Below are positions 26,883 through 46,124 of a stretch of DNA of 64,000 nucleotides, in pieces. Location: contig NC_043026.1 in assembly GCF_006345805.1 (NCBI RefSeq), positions 248,001-312,000 of the forward strand, given 5' to 3'. The notes beneath the pieces are model-generated. The model searched no databases, was not told the origin of the DNA, and saw only the letters and a program-made list of their open reading frames with translations. The DNA comes from Octopus sinensis. Its lineage: Eukaryota. A program made the position numbers and the translations under genes. How positions within the stretch are numbered: position 1 is the first letter of the stretch; each line of letters begins with the position of its first letter.

Positions 26883-27699
26883 CACATTAAGGTGAAAATA
26901 TATTTTCGTGTTTCCCACTTTGAAACATGCTTCTTGATGTGAAATCCAGGAAACTGAGCTGTTTGTCACGGGAAAACATTTAATTTAAAAGTGTGTTGTT
27001 AAAAATACGGAAATATATTAGCAATAGAGAAATAACCTTTTTCGGCGGCGGTGGAATTGCAGTATTAGTTCAAATTTGCATTTTGTATATTATAATAAAT
27101 GAAGATATAATGTTGAAAGCCTGGAGATGCGTTGTTCATCCCCAGAAAGTGTCGCGTCGAAATGTATAGTGTTAAAATTTATCTCTAGCGTACGTAAAAT
27201 GACTTTTTTAACATTATAGGTCTCTACATAAAAAAATAAAAGAAGATGAAATATATATTTGCATACATATATCCCTCAATTGAGAATTGAACTCCGGTGG
27301 CTGAAGCTAGGTCGTTCCACGGTGAATTTTTCAACTTTTCGTGAGAGAACCAGCTTTGAAGGTTTGTATTTCGTCCATCAAATATTATAGTTACCACATC
27401 TGTTTTGTTTTTATAAATCACCAGTTTCACCTGTAAAATAAATGATCATGTAGCACACACATACAACCACATACGCTTACAACCACGCACGCACATACAC
27501 ACATAATCAAAATAAATGGATCAAGTTAATTAGATCGAGGTAATTCAATATGTATTTCCTTCACTGTTAGCTTAATGTCCACTCTCATTTTTACTTCGTA
27601 ATTCTCTTGACCGAAATTAATCTGTTTAACATGCGAAATTAATGACTTTGATTGGTCACTCGCTCCATACGTATCTTTTTTTTCCTGCCTTTAACCCTC

Positions 27700-27960
27700 C
27701 AACGCGGAGTATAGGCCACTTAGAGTTGAATTCCATGTCGCATAATTTTTCACTTCTGTACTTATATTCTGCCATGAATGTCTCCCTTTCTCTAGTTCCT
27801 TCTGTGTTGATCTACGCCATGAGTTCTTAGGCCTACCATACTTTCTATATCCAGCCGGATTACACTGTAAAGCACTTTTCGCTATATTTGGTGTGTCTTT
27901 TATAATTGTGCTACGAATCCACTTCTACTTTTTCTTAAATATTTGCTCCCTAATCGAAAC
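27700..27960 (-). mobile_element. RTE-clade LINE 3' fragment in intron 2 (also ~40380-40680, 46200-46400, 55800-56130, 62305-62520)
   Basis: Translates [39 protein letters not shown], matching the RTE C-terminal motif ALxWxPxGxRxxGRPxxTWRR. Confidence 0.75.
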
Positions 27961-29399
27961 TTGATTTGTTCTTTGCCATAGCTCCATATTGCTTATGTGT
28001 TCGGGTCATCTAATTTTAAGTATACTACGCAAGCATCTGTTGATAAATGATTGTATTTGCTGATTTGACGTATCTTGCTATCTCTAACTGAATCATATAA
28101 TATAATTAATTACACTTCACTCATATGCTACCATGAAACTATCTGGTATATATCACTTAAACTTCAATACAGTATGACCTCACGAACTGGAAGTGTTACG
28201 TAAACTTGTTATTTCATAGTATTACTTAAGATCTCGTGTTATTGCTTGCCGAGTTGTATGACACAATGTATTAATAATTTTCTGCAATACCCAAATAATA
28301 CATTCGTTTTTGCTCCATTACATGCAGATACACCCCATCCCACAAGCACATACACACACAAACACACACACAAACAAACACACCCACAAACACAAGAATA
28401 TGCATACATATATACATGGTGGCTGCCCCCTTGTTATCGAGTATGGCCATTGCACGAAGCTTAATCAATGTTGTTATCGTGCAATGCCTGTGCAAGAAGA
28501 TTTTTTATTAAGTGAGGAAGGGCTCTGCACTGAGTCAACCCACTCACTAAGCAATAGCAGCCATAATCCGAAAAGAAGAACAAGTCCATATCATCGGTAA
28601 CCACTGAGCAGCAGTTTTACATCGGAGTTATCCCAGTTACCTGAGCTACCTTCTCCTAGAAGGATGCTTATCAAAGGCTAGAAGTCCTTCATTCCCAATG
28701 GTTTAACCGCGTGATCGGGTATTCAGTCCGATTATTTCTATGTCCCCACGCATGATACATCTTTAAGACATTTATTGGATGGCTGTTGACTCTCAAGTGG
28801 TCCTCCGCCCATTGACGGGTTTCGTTTTCCATCCCGCAGTGTGTCGAATAAACACCCTCCTCACAAAGCAAGCTTGGTGGGGTTGCCGGTTTAGTCGCAG
28901 ACGGCCCGACTATGCAACAGGCTGTAAGGGGTTACATGTTACCAGTAGCACTCGAAAGTGACCTGACATATATACATACATAAATACATACATACATACA
29001 TACATAAATACAAACGTGCACACATGCATATATTCATACAAACGTAACACATGCATACACACACATATATGTATATATATATGCATACACATATATGCAT
29101 ACACACATACATACATGGATGCATATATACATACGTATGTGTATACACATGCACACTAACGCACGCACATGCGCACAAACAAACAGAAGGAACGCAGCCC
29201 TGATAACGAACAGGCTCAATGACTTTTGAAAGACGTAACGAAAATTTTAGAAAAAATAAGTAAATGAGTGGAAATCGAACCGGTGCGTGTGTTAACTAAT
29301 AAGGCACTAAAAAGAGAATGACTCTCCCCAGATACAATAAACTGTGCTTTAACACACGAATTCACATAAAGAATAACCAAATACAAAAACCATATCTAC

Positions 29400-29449
<50 letters not shown>

Positions 29450-30394
29450 GTCTGTCTGTCTATTTATCTATCTATCTATCTGTCTATCTATCTATCTATC
29501 TTTTTCAATCTCTCCAACAAGGGAGAGTCTTCCGTTCATGATAAATATTCTTATTACTGCGGTTTGCCGCAGATAAGATTCTTTACAACGGCGAGCTGGC
29601 AGAAACGTTAGCACGCCGGGAGAAATGCTTAGCGGTATTTCGTCTGCGTTACGTTGTGAGTTCAAATTCCGCCGAGGTCGACTTTGCCTTTCATCCTTTC
29701 GGGGTCGATAAATTAAGTACCAGTTACGCACTGGGGTCGATGTAATCGACTTAATACCTATGTCGGTCCTTGTTTGTCCTCTCGGTGTTTAGCCCCTTGT
29801 GGGTAATAAAGAAATACGTATTTCGTCTGTGGTTACGTTCCCAGTTCAAATTTCGCCGAGGTCCACTTTGCCTTTCATCCTTTCGGGGTCAGTAAATTAA
29901 GTACCAGTTATGCACCGGGGTCAACGTAATCGACTTAATCCGTTTGTCTGTCCTTGTTTGTCCCCTCTGTGTTTAGCCCCTTGTGGGTAGTAAATGGGAA
30001 AAAAAAGGAAAAAAAAATTCCTTACAACACTACTTCGTCAACCTAATAAATAAATTCTAGAAATCAAATATATTACAAACATAATTGAATTGATCTAAAA
30101 GCCGGTTAATCATTATAACGATTATGAAGACAATAATGTTTGTGCATGCATAAACATACATACCTCATCAATTGGAAGATTGTTCCAGAAATCAAGGAAA
30201 GGGTGTCGGAAGAAGTTAGGACAAAAGGCACCATTGCATTTGTCCACATTCCAGGATGAAGGAAGTCCTATATTCAGGAATGAATTATAGACTTTCGAAC
30301 CAGCTCCCTTTGATATGGCATATACTTTGATCCATTTGCTATCTGAAATAATAATTATAACAACAATAGTAATAATAATGATGATAGAGGTATC

Positions 30395-30611
30395 GGCACC
30401 TAGCTATCAGCACGGTTAAAAAAGATTGGTGCACGTGTGAAGGTGGAACACCTTCAAAGAATAAGCATTGCTTGGAACTGTAAGAATTCTTTGCAGAGTT
30501 CTTGAAGCATGGCCAGTAAATAAGCGTCACCTTAGTCTGCTAAGCTGTGGACAGCTGACACGTTCCATCATAACCAGCAAAATAAGTTGTGAGATTTCAT
30601 ATAATAATAAT

Positions 30612-30659
<48 letters not shown>

Positions 30660-30674
30660 AATAATAATTATAAT

Positions 30675-30720
<46 letters not shown>

Positions 30721-30760
30721 TTAATAATAATAATAATAAAAATGATAATAATAATAAATA
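30395..30760 (+). mobile_element. R4/Dong-like LINE 3' end with (AAT/AAC)n tail in intron 1 of copy A (mirrored at ~37720-38080 in copy B)
   Basis: LLGTVRILCRVLEA resembles the R4/Dong C-terminal motif ALLGTARILRKVL and is followed by a short UTR and a long AAT/AAC tract. Confidence 0.65.
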
Positions 30761-32643
30761 CCCTGATGCAGTACCTGACAGTGGCTCTCATGGCTTCTGA
30801 TCTTAAGTGATTGGAAGTGTTATCTTACGAATAGCAAAGGACCACGTTTCGGACTTCTCCCACTACTGAGACGAAGACCGCTTCGCTCAACAAACAAACA
30901 AACAAAACACAACAACAATATTAATATTGATTTCAAATTTTGGCACAAGGCCAGCAAATTATTGGAGAGAAAACTAAGTCGATTTCATTGACCTCACTCT
31001 TCAACTGGTACCGCAAAAAGCAAAATAAAGGAACAAAACAAAACAGTAATAATAAAGAAGATTCACTTACTTCTATAGAAGGAAATCTCGTTCTTGTTAT
31101 TCGTGCTGACGACTGTCATTATATTTTTCGGTGAGTAATTCTTACAAGCATGGCTGACTTTGTTGTAAGTGAAAAATTGCGATTGGCTCCTCTGAGCGAG
31201 CGCGGTGCAGTCGAGTAGGTTTCGTGTTGAGGAGAATTGTTCTGTTGGAGGTGTCCCAATATAACCATAGGAATAACCAGTTCCCAACGTTTGTAGTAGC
31301 CATCAAGTTCCTGATCTGAGGTAACAACCAGAATTGTTGTAAGGGTTAACAGCAGCACTGCCATTGCAGCTGGACGAGTAAAAGCTGACTGGAACATTCT
31401 TGACTCTATGATTGCTAAAAGTAGACAGAAGCGGGAAAGAAATGGCATGAAAGAGAGAAAGAATGAGGTGGGGTGAAATATGAAGAGATTCAGCAATGAG
31501 ACAAAATGAATTTTAATAAAGAGAGAACGGGGAAGAGAAAGACAAGGAGAGAAGAAAAAAGTTAGAGAGTAACAGAGAGAAATCCTGAAAAAGAAGAGAG
31601 ATACAATGAGAAGATGGAAAGTGTTTGTGTGTTAGAGGAAGGTTGTTCGGAAGAGAAAACGCAAAAGGAATAACATATAATTTAGAATAAAAAATTTAAA
31701 ATATATTACGGTTATTGGTAAAGACGCAGGTCCTGGGGAAGATTTTAAGTTGTATTACGGGGCCCTGGTTTGAGATATCCAGGGTTTTCAAGAATTGGTA
31801 GTAATTCTAGGGCCTTCATTCATGACCATTAATAACTGAGACTATAGAATATAGGTTCAGGCACAGCTGTAAGATTAAGGAGCTCGCTTGGTAATCACAT
31901 GCTTCCCGGTTCAATCCCACTGAGCGGCTACTTGGGCAAGTGTCTTCTAGTATTGGCCCGGCCAACCAATGCCTAGAGAGGGAATTTGGTAGCCGGAAAG
32001 TATGTGGAAGCCCTTTCCATCTATCTATCTATCTATCTATCTGTCTGTCTGCTTGCCTGCCTGTCTGTCTGTCTGTCTGTATGTATGTATATATATACAT
32101 ACATACATACATACATACATCATACATACATACATACATACATACATACATACATACATACATACATACATACATACATACATACATACGTATATACACA
32201 CATATATACATACATACATACACGCACACACACATATATATATATATAGCTAGTTAGCTAGCTGTGAGAGAGAAAGAAAGGACGGAAACAGTGTGTGTGT
32301 GTGAGAGAGAGAGAGATATCCTAGCCATAACACGTACCCGAACACACAAAATGCAATGTGATAGAAAAAAACACTTACTTTCAGTAAGATAGGGCGGAGA
32401 GCGCACACTTTAGATATATCTATCTATCTATCTATCTATATGTCTGTCTGCTTGCCTGCCTGTTTGTCTGTCTGTCTTTATGTATGTATATACATACATA
32501 CATACATACGTACATACATACATCATACATACATACATACGTACATACATACATCATACGTACATACATACATACATACATATATACATACATACATACA
32601 TACATATATATATATATACACACATACATACGTACATACATAG

Positions 32644-32675
<32 letters not shown>

Positions 32676-33778
32676 CGCTAGTTAGCTAGCTGTGAGAGAG
32701 AACGAAACGAGGGAAACAGTGTGTGTGTGAGAGAGAGAGAGAGCGTTTACTCGATACAACAATTGAAAGTGCGCAAGATTGGCGTTTGCACGCGCAATCA
32801 CCCTTATTTCAACTGTTGTCACACACACACACACTCTAATCTTAACTGCAACATATCCTAGCCATAACACATACCCGAACACATTAAATGCAATGTGATA
32901 GAAAACACACTTACTTTCAGTGAGGTAGGGCGGAGAGCGCACACTTCAGGTGGTTCTGTAAGGACTTCTTGTTAGGATGGTTCGTGAAAGTCACAACTTT
33001 ATCACTGTTTCCCTTACTGTCTTCTCCCGTCAATATTACCCTCTATTACACACAGTTGTGTCTTCAGATGTCTGAACACTTCGTAACTGTCAGTACTGGC
33101 CACTGATATCTCTCCTAATTTCTCTTATCAGTATTATTTACAGACTTAGACCTGCCCATAAATAATCAAACCGTATAGACTGTCCATAAATGAGCAAAAC
33201 GCAGACCATCAACTTAGTTCAAGACTGTTTACTAATTTGTCTGTTTCTCCACAGAAGTAACAATAAACCAGATTTTCCAATATGTCTCCTTTGATTGCTA
33301 TGAAGAATAAAAGGGCCTTCAATAGAGACATGCGTTTCACTAAGCTCGCAGAAAATACGGCGGTGTGGTTACTGACGTCGTTCCGATGTTAGCAGTAGGG
33401 CTGATGCGCTGTTTGTGATAGTGACGTTGTAGTTTTAATACCTGGTGATAGCGTGATGTGATGTTGGTGTTTCTGTGAGTGGAGATATAAAAGCAGAACA
33501 ATTGAGGTCACTATACCGAAGACTTTCATTATAGGAAATCATTGAAATCAATCACCGTGAATGATGGAACAAGCACCTAGTCCTGACCTGTGTACACTCT
33601 TAATTTCAACCATTGATAGTTGATGTGTTAATAGATAATTTTCTTCATTTCATGACAAATAAACACGCCAACAGTTACAGACATCGAAGCATAACACGAA
33701 CAGTTCACACCAGTTTCACTCTGCATGTTTTTACATGTATCTTAGGAATTAACGGTGCTTTGTTATAAGGTAATCTAA

Positions 33779-33825
<47 letters not shown>

Positions 33826-33840
33826 ACTACTATCTATGTG

Positions 33841-34600
33841 TGGGTGGCTGAATATGGGCGTGATTTGTCTTACAATAATAGACATCGGCGTTTGTTACGA
33901 ATTGCTGGTTTCCCTTTGTTAACCAACATTACACTGTAGACCCCTTTTAAGGGACAATGTTGCAATATAGACCCTTTTGCATCCCCCCAAACGCTTAGCA
34001 TCATATTTTTCTGCCGAAGGTTGAATCTTGAATTTCTTTTCCACTGGTGATTCGTTTCGTTTCCGCTTCATACTAAACCTTTTGGATTCTGGCTCAAAGT
34101 TATGGGCCCCGATTTCATCAATCGTGTCTACGCTCCCTCAAAACAACTTTAGTTTCATCACTGAAGCGTTAAAGTTAGAATTGACAAAAATCCACACGAT
34201 TGCGCTTATTCACATCGAAAAGCTCTCTTGGCGCCCTTCTCGCACTAACTCCGCAGAACCGAAGCTTGTCGCGGATGCAGACCCATAATAATTTCAGAGA
34301 ATAAGACATCTCATTAATGGGCAATCGTTGTTTCGTCAGAAGCATCTCTGAAAATTGTTGAATCTCCACGTCACCGGTGACGGTTAATGGGTGTCCTTAT
34401 CACTCCTCGTATTTCACGCTTGTCCGGCCATTTAAAACTTCTCCCTCTTCTCGTAAATACTTCTACGCAGTAGAGCGCTGTTCCTTAATTGTATTGAAAG
34501 CCTGCGAAGAATTGCAGCCCCTGACACACATTCAGATTAGAGAAGCAGTTTCACTGATCCCTATTTTCCCTTGGTGCACACTTCTAGTAGAGCTGCCACG
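33841..34600 (-). mobile_element. Mariner remnant, copy C flank (truncated at a GATA microsatellite)
   Basis: Near-identical to 23070-23813 and the reverse complement of 43917-44672. Confidence 0.85.
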
Positions 34601-35861
34601 TTTGTTCTGTAACACAAGAATGGAAGCTGGAGAGAGATCAAAGTGAAACGTCGGTCAAGAAATCAGAAGAGTACCAACCTTTAACACGCCACTGATGAAA
34701 CTAGAGCGACCAACCGAAAGACTGTTTCGGCGAAACGCCGGATATTGTTTCACTTTACTTTGTATAATTAGTATCATTGTTCTGATCTATTTGATTTGCT
34801 GAAAGCCTTCCCCACATCCTCTTTCTTTACTACCCACAAGGGATTAAACACAGAAGGGACAAACAAGGACAGAAAAACGGATTATGTCGATTATATCGAC
34901 CCCAGTGCGTAACTTGTACTTAATTTATCGACCCTGAAAGGATAAAAGGCAAAGTGGGCCTCGGCGGAATTTGAACTCAGAACGTAGCAGCAGACGAAAT
35001 ACCTATTTCTCTACTACCCACAAGGGGCTAAACACAGAGGGGACAAACAAGGACAGACAAACGAATTAAGTCGATTATATCGACCCAAGTGCGTAAATGA
35101 TACTTATTTAATCGTCACCGAAAGGATGAAAGGTAAAGTCGACCTCGGCGGAATTTGAACTCAGAACGTTGCGGTAGCCGAAATACTGCTAAGCATTTGG
35201 CACGGCGTGCTAACTTTTCTGCCAGCTTTCCCCAACATCACAGAGACAAAACCGCAGATATCTACACTCACGCACAACGCATGCACGTACGCATGGGCGC
35301 GCATGCACGTGTATACGCGCTCGCACACACACATACACACACATCTCTTTTACATATTGTCTGGACAGTCGTGAACTGGAACAACAACAACAGCTCTCAG
35401 AAAGAGAGAAAGAGAATCACAACTCAAAAGACCGATGTTGGATACAATATTTATATGGATTCTTTATTAACAGGTAAAACGTGACTTATGTGCATCACCA
35501 GTGGTGGTCAGCTGGATTGGGTGAATATGAACAACAACAACAGCTGGAATGAGGGAAAGAGAATCACAACTTCAAAGACCGATTTTGGATACAATATTTA
35601 TATGGATTCCTTATTAACAGGTAAAACGTGACTTGTATGGATCACCAGTGGTGGTCAGCTGGATTGGGTGAATGTGAACAACAACAACAGCTGGAATGAG
35701 AGAAAGAGAATCACAGCTTCAAAGACCGATGTTGGATAGAATATTTGTGTGGATTCTTTATTAAAAGGTAAAACGTGACTTATGTGGATCACCAGTGGTG
35801 GTCAGCTGGATTGGATGGACGTTAACAACATCAATAGTATCAATGGTTATCATGTGCTGGG

Positions 35862-36340
35862 TTAGTTCTGCTGCCTCAGGCGGATGAATATGGCCATGGA
35901 GTCTGCTAATGCATAACCTGCAAGTAACAATAACAACATCAATAACAAAAGGATTTCAAATATATCGTGGGAGGACTTTATAGGTGGTCACTCGAATTAC
36001 TAGAAATGGCAGCCGAATCTCTGCATCGTTTTGTGGGTCGGTCACTGTTGGAACGCCTTTGAATATAAATCAGTTGAATCAAGGCTGATTGGCCGCTAAA
36101 CAATAAGTACAAAAGTTCTATTATTACTACTCACAGTAAGACACACGCACACAGACACAGAAGATACAATATCACTTACCGTTGTTCCATACGACTTTCG
36201 ATTTTGTATCAGAATAACGAATTGTAGGGTAGTGATCTGACTTATCGAACTCACATACATATGGTCCCTCATTGATGGTCAGCCATCCTCTGTCCCTTTC
36301 ACAAAAACCATGTATTGTTATATGGAAGCGACGTGCAAGT
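35862..36340 (-). pseudogene. Copy C: orphan exons 4 (36340-36180) and 5 (35917-35862) of the PAN-like gene
   Basis: Exon 4 reads LARRFHITIHGFCERDRGWLTINEGPYVCEFDKSDHYPTIRYSDTKSKVVWNN with an intact AG and GT. Exon 5 reads GYALADSMAIFIRLRQQN*. Homology to intron 3 stops at ~36425. Confidence 0.85.
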
Positions 36341-37073
36341 CTAAGGAGAAAAAGAACAAAACAACTTGTTTGGGTTTCAGAATATGAAAATCTAAACATG
36401 TATTAAATAGACTAGTATACCCGCTTTTACCTCAGTGTTTACACCCAAACACTTTCCCGTGGTTTAGTATTATTGCAAGGTAACGGAGGATTGAAATCAG
36501 ATTTTTCTTTCCCCTATGATAGGTAGCCCCACTACCACCACCAACACAGGCTAATGAGCCCCATCTGATCAACTGAATTATTAATTAACTCATATGTGGG
36601 AACCTACCGAGTACGTCTACTCCGGATAAAACTAACCTGGGAACAACATTGGCTAAGAAGTGTTTCCAAACACTTGAAAACCCTGGAAATCTCAAACCAG
36701 GGCCCCGTAACGTATACAACTTAAAATCTTCCCCAGGACCTGCGTCTTTACCAATAACCGTAATTTATTTTCAATTTTTTATTCTAAATTATATGTTATT
36801 CCTTTTGCGTTTTCTCTTCCGAACAACCTTCCTCTCACACACAAACACTTTCCATCTTCTCATTGTATCTCTCTCTTCTTTTTCAGGATTTCTCTCTGTT
36901 ACTCTCTAACTTTTTTCTTTTCTCCTTGTCTTTCTCTTCCCCGTTCTCTCTTTATTAAAATTCATTTTGTCTCATTGCTGAATCTCTTCATATTTCACCC
37001 CACCTCATTCTTTCTCTCTTTCATGCCATTTCTTTCCCCCTTCTGTCTACTTTTAGCAATCATAGAGCCAAGA

Positions 37074-42797
<5,724 letters not shown>

Positions 42798-43916
42798 CAC
42801 AGCACATGATACCCATTGATACTATTGATGTTGTTAACGTCCATCCAATCCAGCTGACCACCACTGGTGATCCACATAAGTCACGTTTTACATTTTAATA
42901 AAGAATCCACACAAATATTCTATCCAACATCGGTCTTTGAAGCTGTGATTCTCTTTCTCTCATTCCAGCTGTTGTTGTTGTTCACATTCACCCAATCCAG
43001 GTGACCACCACTGGTGATCCACACAAGTCACGTTGTACCTGTTAATAAGGAATCCATATAAATATTGTATCCAATATCGGTCTTTTAAATTGTGATTCTC
43101 TTTCTCACTTTCTGAGAGCTGTTGTTGTTGTTCCAGTTCACGACTGCCCAGACTATATGTAAAAGAGATGTGTGTGTATGTGTGTGTGTGCGAGCGTGCG
43201 CGTATACACGTGCATGCGCGCCCATGCGTACGTGCGTGTGTTGTGCGTGTGTGTAGATATATGAGGTTTTATCTCTGTGATGTTGGGGAAAGCTGGCAGA
43301 AACGTTAGCACGCCGGGCGAAATGTTTAGCAGTATTTCGGCTGCCGCTACGTTCTGAGTTCAAATTCCGCCGAGGTCGACTTTACCTTTCATCCTTTCGG
43401 TGTCGATTAAATAAGGATCATTTACGCACTTGGGTCGATATAATCGACTTAATTCGTTTGTCTGTCCTTGTTTGTCCCCTGTGTTTAGCCCCTTGTGGGT
43501 AGTAGAGAAATAGGTATTTCGTCTGCTGCTACGTTCTGAGTTCAAATTCCGCCGAGGCCCACTTTGCCTTTTATTCTTTCAGGGTCGATAAATTAAGTAC
43601 AAGTTACGCACTGGGGTCGATATATTCGACATAATCCGTTTTTCTGTCCTTGTTTGTCCTTTCTGTGTTTAATCCCTTGTGGGTAGTAAAGAAAGAGGAT
43701 GTGGGGGAAAGCCTTCAGCAAATCAAAGAGATCAGAACAATGATACTAATTATACAAAGGAAAGTGAAAAAATATACGCGTTTCGCCGAAACAGTCTTTC
43801 GGTTGGTCGCTCTAGTTTCATCAGTGGCGTGTTAAAGGGTGTTACTCTTCTGATTTCTTGACCGACGTTTCACTTTGATCTCTCTCCAGCTTCCATTCTT
43901 GTGTTACAGAACAAAC

Positions 43917-44672
43917 GTGGCAGCTCTACTGGAAGTGTGCACTAAGGGAAAATAGGGATCAGTGAAATTGCTTCTCTAATCTGAATGTGTGTCAGGGGCT
44001 GAAATTCGTTCCAGGCTTTCAATACAATTAAGGAACAGCGCTCTACTGCGTAGAAGTATTTACGAGAAGAGGGAGAAGTTTTAAATGGCCGGACAAGCGT
44101 GAAATACGAGGAGTGATAAGGACACCCATTAACCGTCACCGGTGACGTGGAGATTCAACAATTTTCAGAAATGCTTCTGGCGAAACAACGATTTCCCATT
44201 GATGAGATGGCTTATTCTCTGCAAATTATTATGGTTCGGCATCCGCGACAAGCTTCGGTTCTGCGGAGTTAGTACGAGAAGGGCGCCAACAGAGCTTTTC
44301 GATGTGAATAAGCGCAATCGTGTGGATTTTTGTCAATTCTAACTCGAACGCTTCAGCATTAAGCTAAAGTTGTTTCAGGGAGAGTAGACACGATTGATGA
44401 AATCGGGGCCCATAACTTTGAGCCAGAATCGAAAAGGTTTAGTATGAAGCGGAAACGAAACGAATCACCAGTGGAAAAGAAATTCAAGATTCAACCTTCG
44501 GCAGAAAATTGTGATGCTAAGCGTTTGGGGGATGCAAAAGGGTCTATATTGCAACATTGTCCCTTAGATGAGGTCTACAGTGAAATTTTGGTTAACAAAG
44601 GGAAACCAGCAATTCGTAACAAACGCCGATGTCTATTATTGTAAGACAATGCACGCCCATATTCAGCCACCC
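43917..44672 (+). mobile_element. Mariner remnant, copy B flank
   Basis: SMKRKRNESPVEKKFKIQPSA...[27 protein letters not shown] matches the mariner DD34D-region motifs KKFKxQPSAGK and HDNARPH; it ends at a (GATA)n tract. Confidence 0.85.
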
Positions 44673-44684
44673 ATACATAGATAG

Positions 44685-44812
<128 letters not shown>

Positions 44813-44844
44813 GAGCTAGATAGATAGATAGACAGATTGATAGG

Positions 44845-44921
<77 letters not shown>

Positions 44922-45949
44922 TACCTTATAATAAAGCACCGTTAATTCCTAAGATACATGTAAAAACATGCAGAGTGAAACTGGTGAGAACTGTTCGTGT
45001 TATGCTTCGATGTCTGTAACTGTTGGCGTGTTTATTTGTCATGAAATGAAGAAAATTATCTATTAACACATCAACTATCAATGGTTGAAATTAAGAGTGT
45101 ACACAGGTCAGGACAAGGTTTTTGGTCCATCATCCACGGTGATTGATTTCAATGATTTCCTATAATGAAAGTCTTCGGTATAGCGACCTCAATTGTTCTG
45201 CTTTTATATCTCCACTCACAGAAACACCAACATCACATCACGCTATTACCAGGTATTAAAACTACAACGTCAATATCACAAACACCGCAACAGCCTTACT
45301 GCTAACATCGGAACGACGTCAGTAACCACACAGCCGTATTTTCTGCGAGCTTAGTGAAACGCATGTCTCTATTGAAGGCCCTTTTATTCTTCATAGCAAT
45401 CAAAGGAAACATATTGGAAAATCTGGTTTATTTTCACTTCTGTGTAGGAACAGTCAAATTAGTAAACAGTTTTGAACTGAGTTGATGGTTCTGTGTTTTG
45501 CTCATTTATGGACAGTCTATACGGTTTGATTATTTATGGACAGGTCTTAGTCTGTAAGTAATACTGATAAGAGAAATTAGGAGAGAAAGCAGTGGCCAGT
45601 ACTGACAGTTACGAAGTGTTCAGACATCTGAAGACACAACTGTGGGTAATAGAGGGTAATATTGACGGGAGAAGACAGTAAGGGGAGCAGGGAAAAAGTT
45701 GTGACTTTCACGAACCATCCTTACAAGAAGTCCTTACAGAACCACCTGAAGTGTACGCTCTCCGCCCTACCTCACTGAAAGTAAGTGTGCTTTCTATCAC
45801 ATTGCATTTTGTGTGTTCGGGTACGTGTTATGGCTAGGATATGTTGCAGTTAAGATTAGAGTGTGTGGGTGTGTAACAACAGTTGAAATAAGGATGATTC
45901 TGCGTGCAAACGCCAATCTTGCGCTTTTTCAATTGTTGTATCGAGTAAA

Positions 45950-46003
<54 letters not shown>

Positions 46004-46044
46004 TGTTTCCCTCTCCTTCTTCTCTCTCACAGCTAGCTAACTAG

Positions 46045-46124
<80 letters not shown>

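Larger units (their letters stand above)
25434..31397 (-). pseudogene. Copy A of the secreted PAN-like five-exon gene; exons 31397-31071, 30342-30164, 27430-27267, 25914-25754, 25489-25434; single 1-bp deletion in exon 1
   Basis: All splice sites are GT-AG and exon lengths match copy D (179, 164, 161, 56). Exon 1 is 327 nt versus 328 in copy B (AAACGTTGGGAAC vs AAACGTTTGGGACC at ~31286). Exons 2-5 are open. The deletion could be a consensus error. Confidence 0.85.

Noticed and set aside
28246-29219. ORFs in the shared intron 2 block (also 39175-40057, 54764-55571)
   Set aside because: They are low-complexity TA/CA-derived peptides or short frames disrupted differently in each copy. The block may be an old retroelement, but I could not place it.
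30468-30810. Poly-N, poly-T and poly-I ORFs (also 37665-37995, 50069-50250)
   Set aside because: These are trinucleotide microsatellites inside intron 1; only the part from 50259 is a real exon.
31940-32689. YIHT/MYVC repeat ORFs (also 44592-44939, 46037-46448, 51487-51880, 61888-62425)
   Set aside because: They are translations of (TACA)n, (TA)n and (GATA)n microsatellites.
35464-35758. 147-bp period equals nucleosome core length
   Set aside because: With only 2-3 units and no other positioning evidence, this is treated as coincidence.
36975-37073. N-terminal extension MLNLFIFHPTSF... of exon 1 (also 31398-31496)
   Set aside because: It uses a TTG start in a pyrimidine tract. Copy D has no such extension, and its ATG aligns to 37074/31397.
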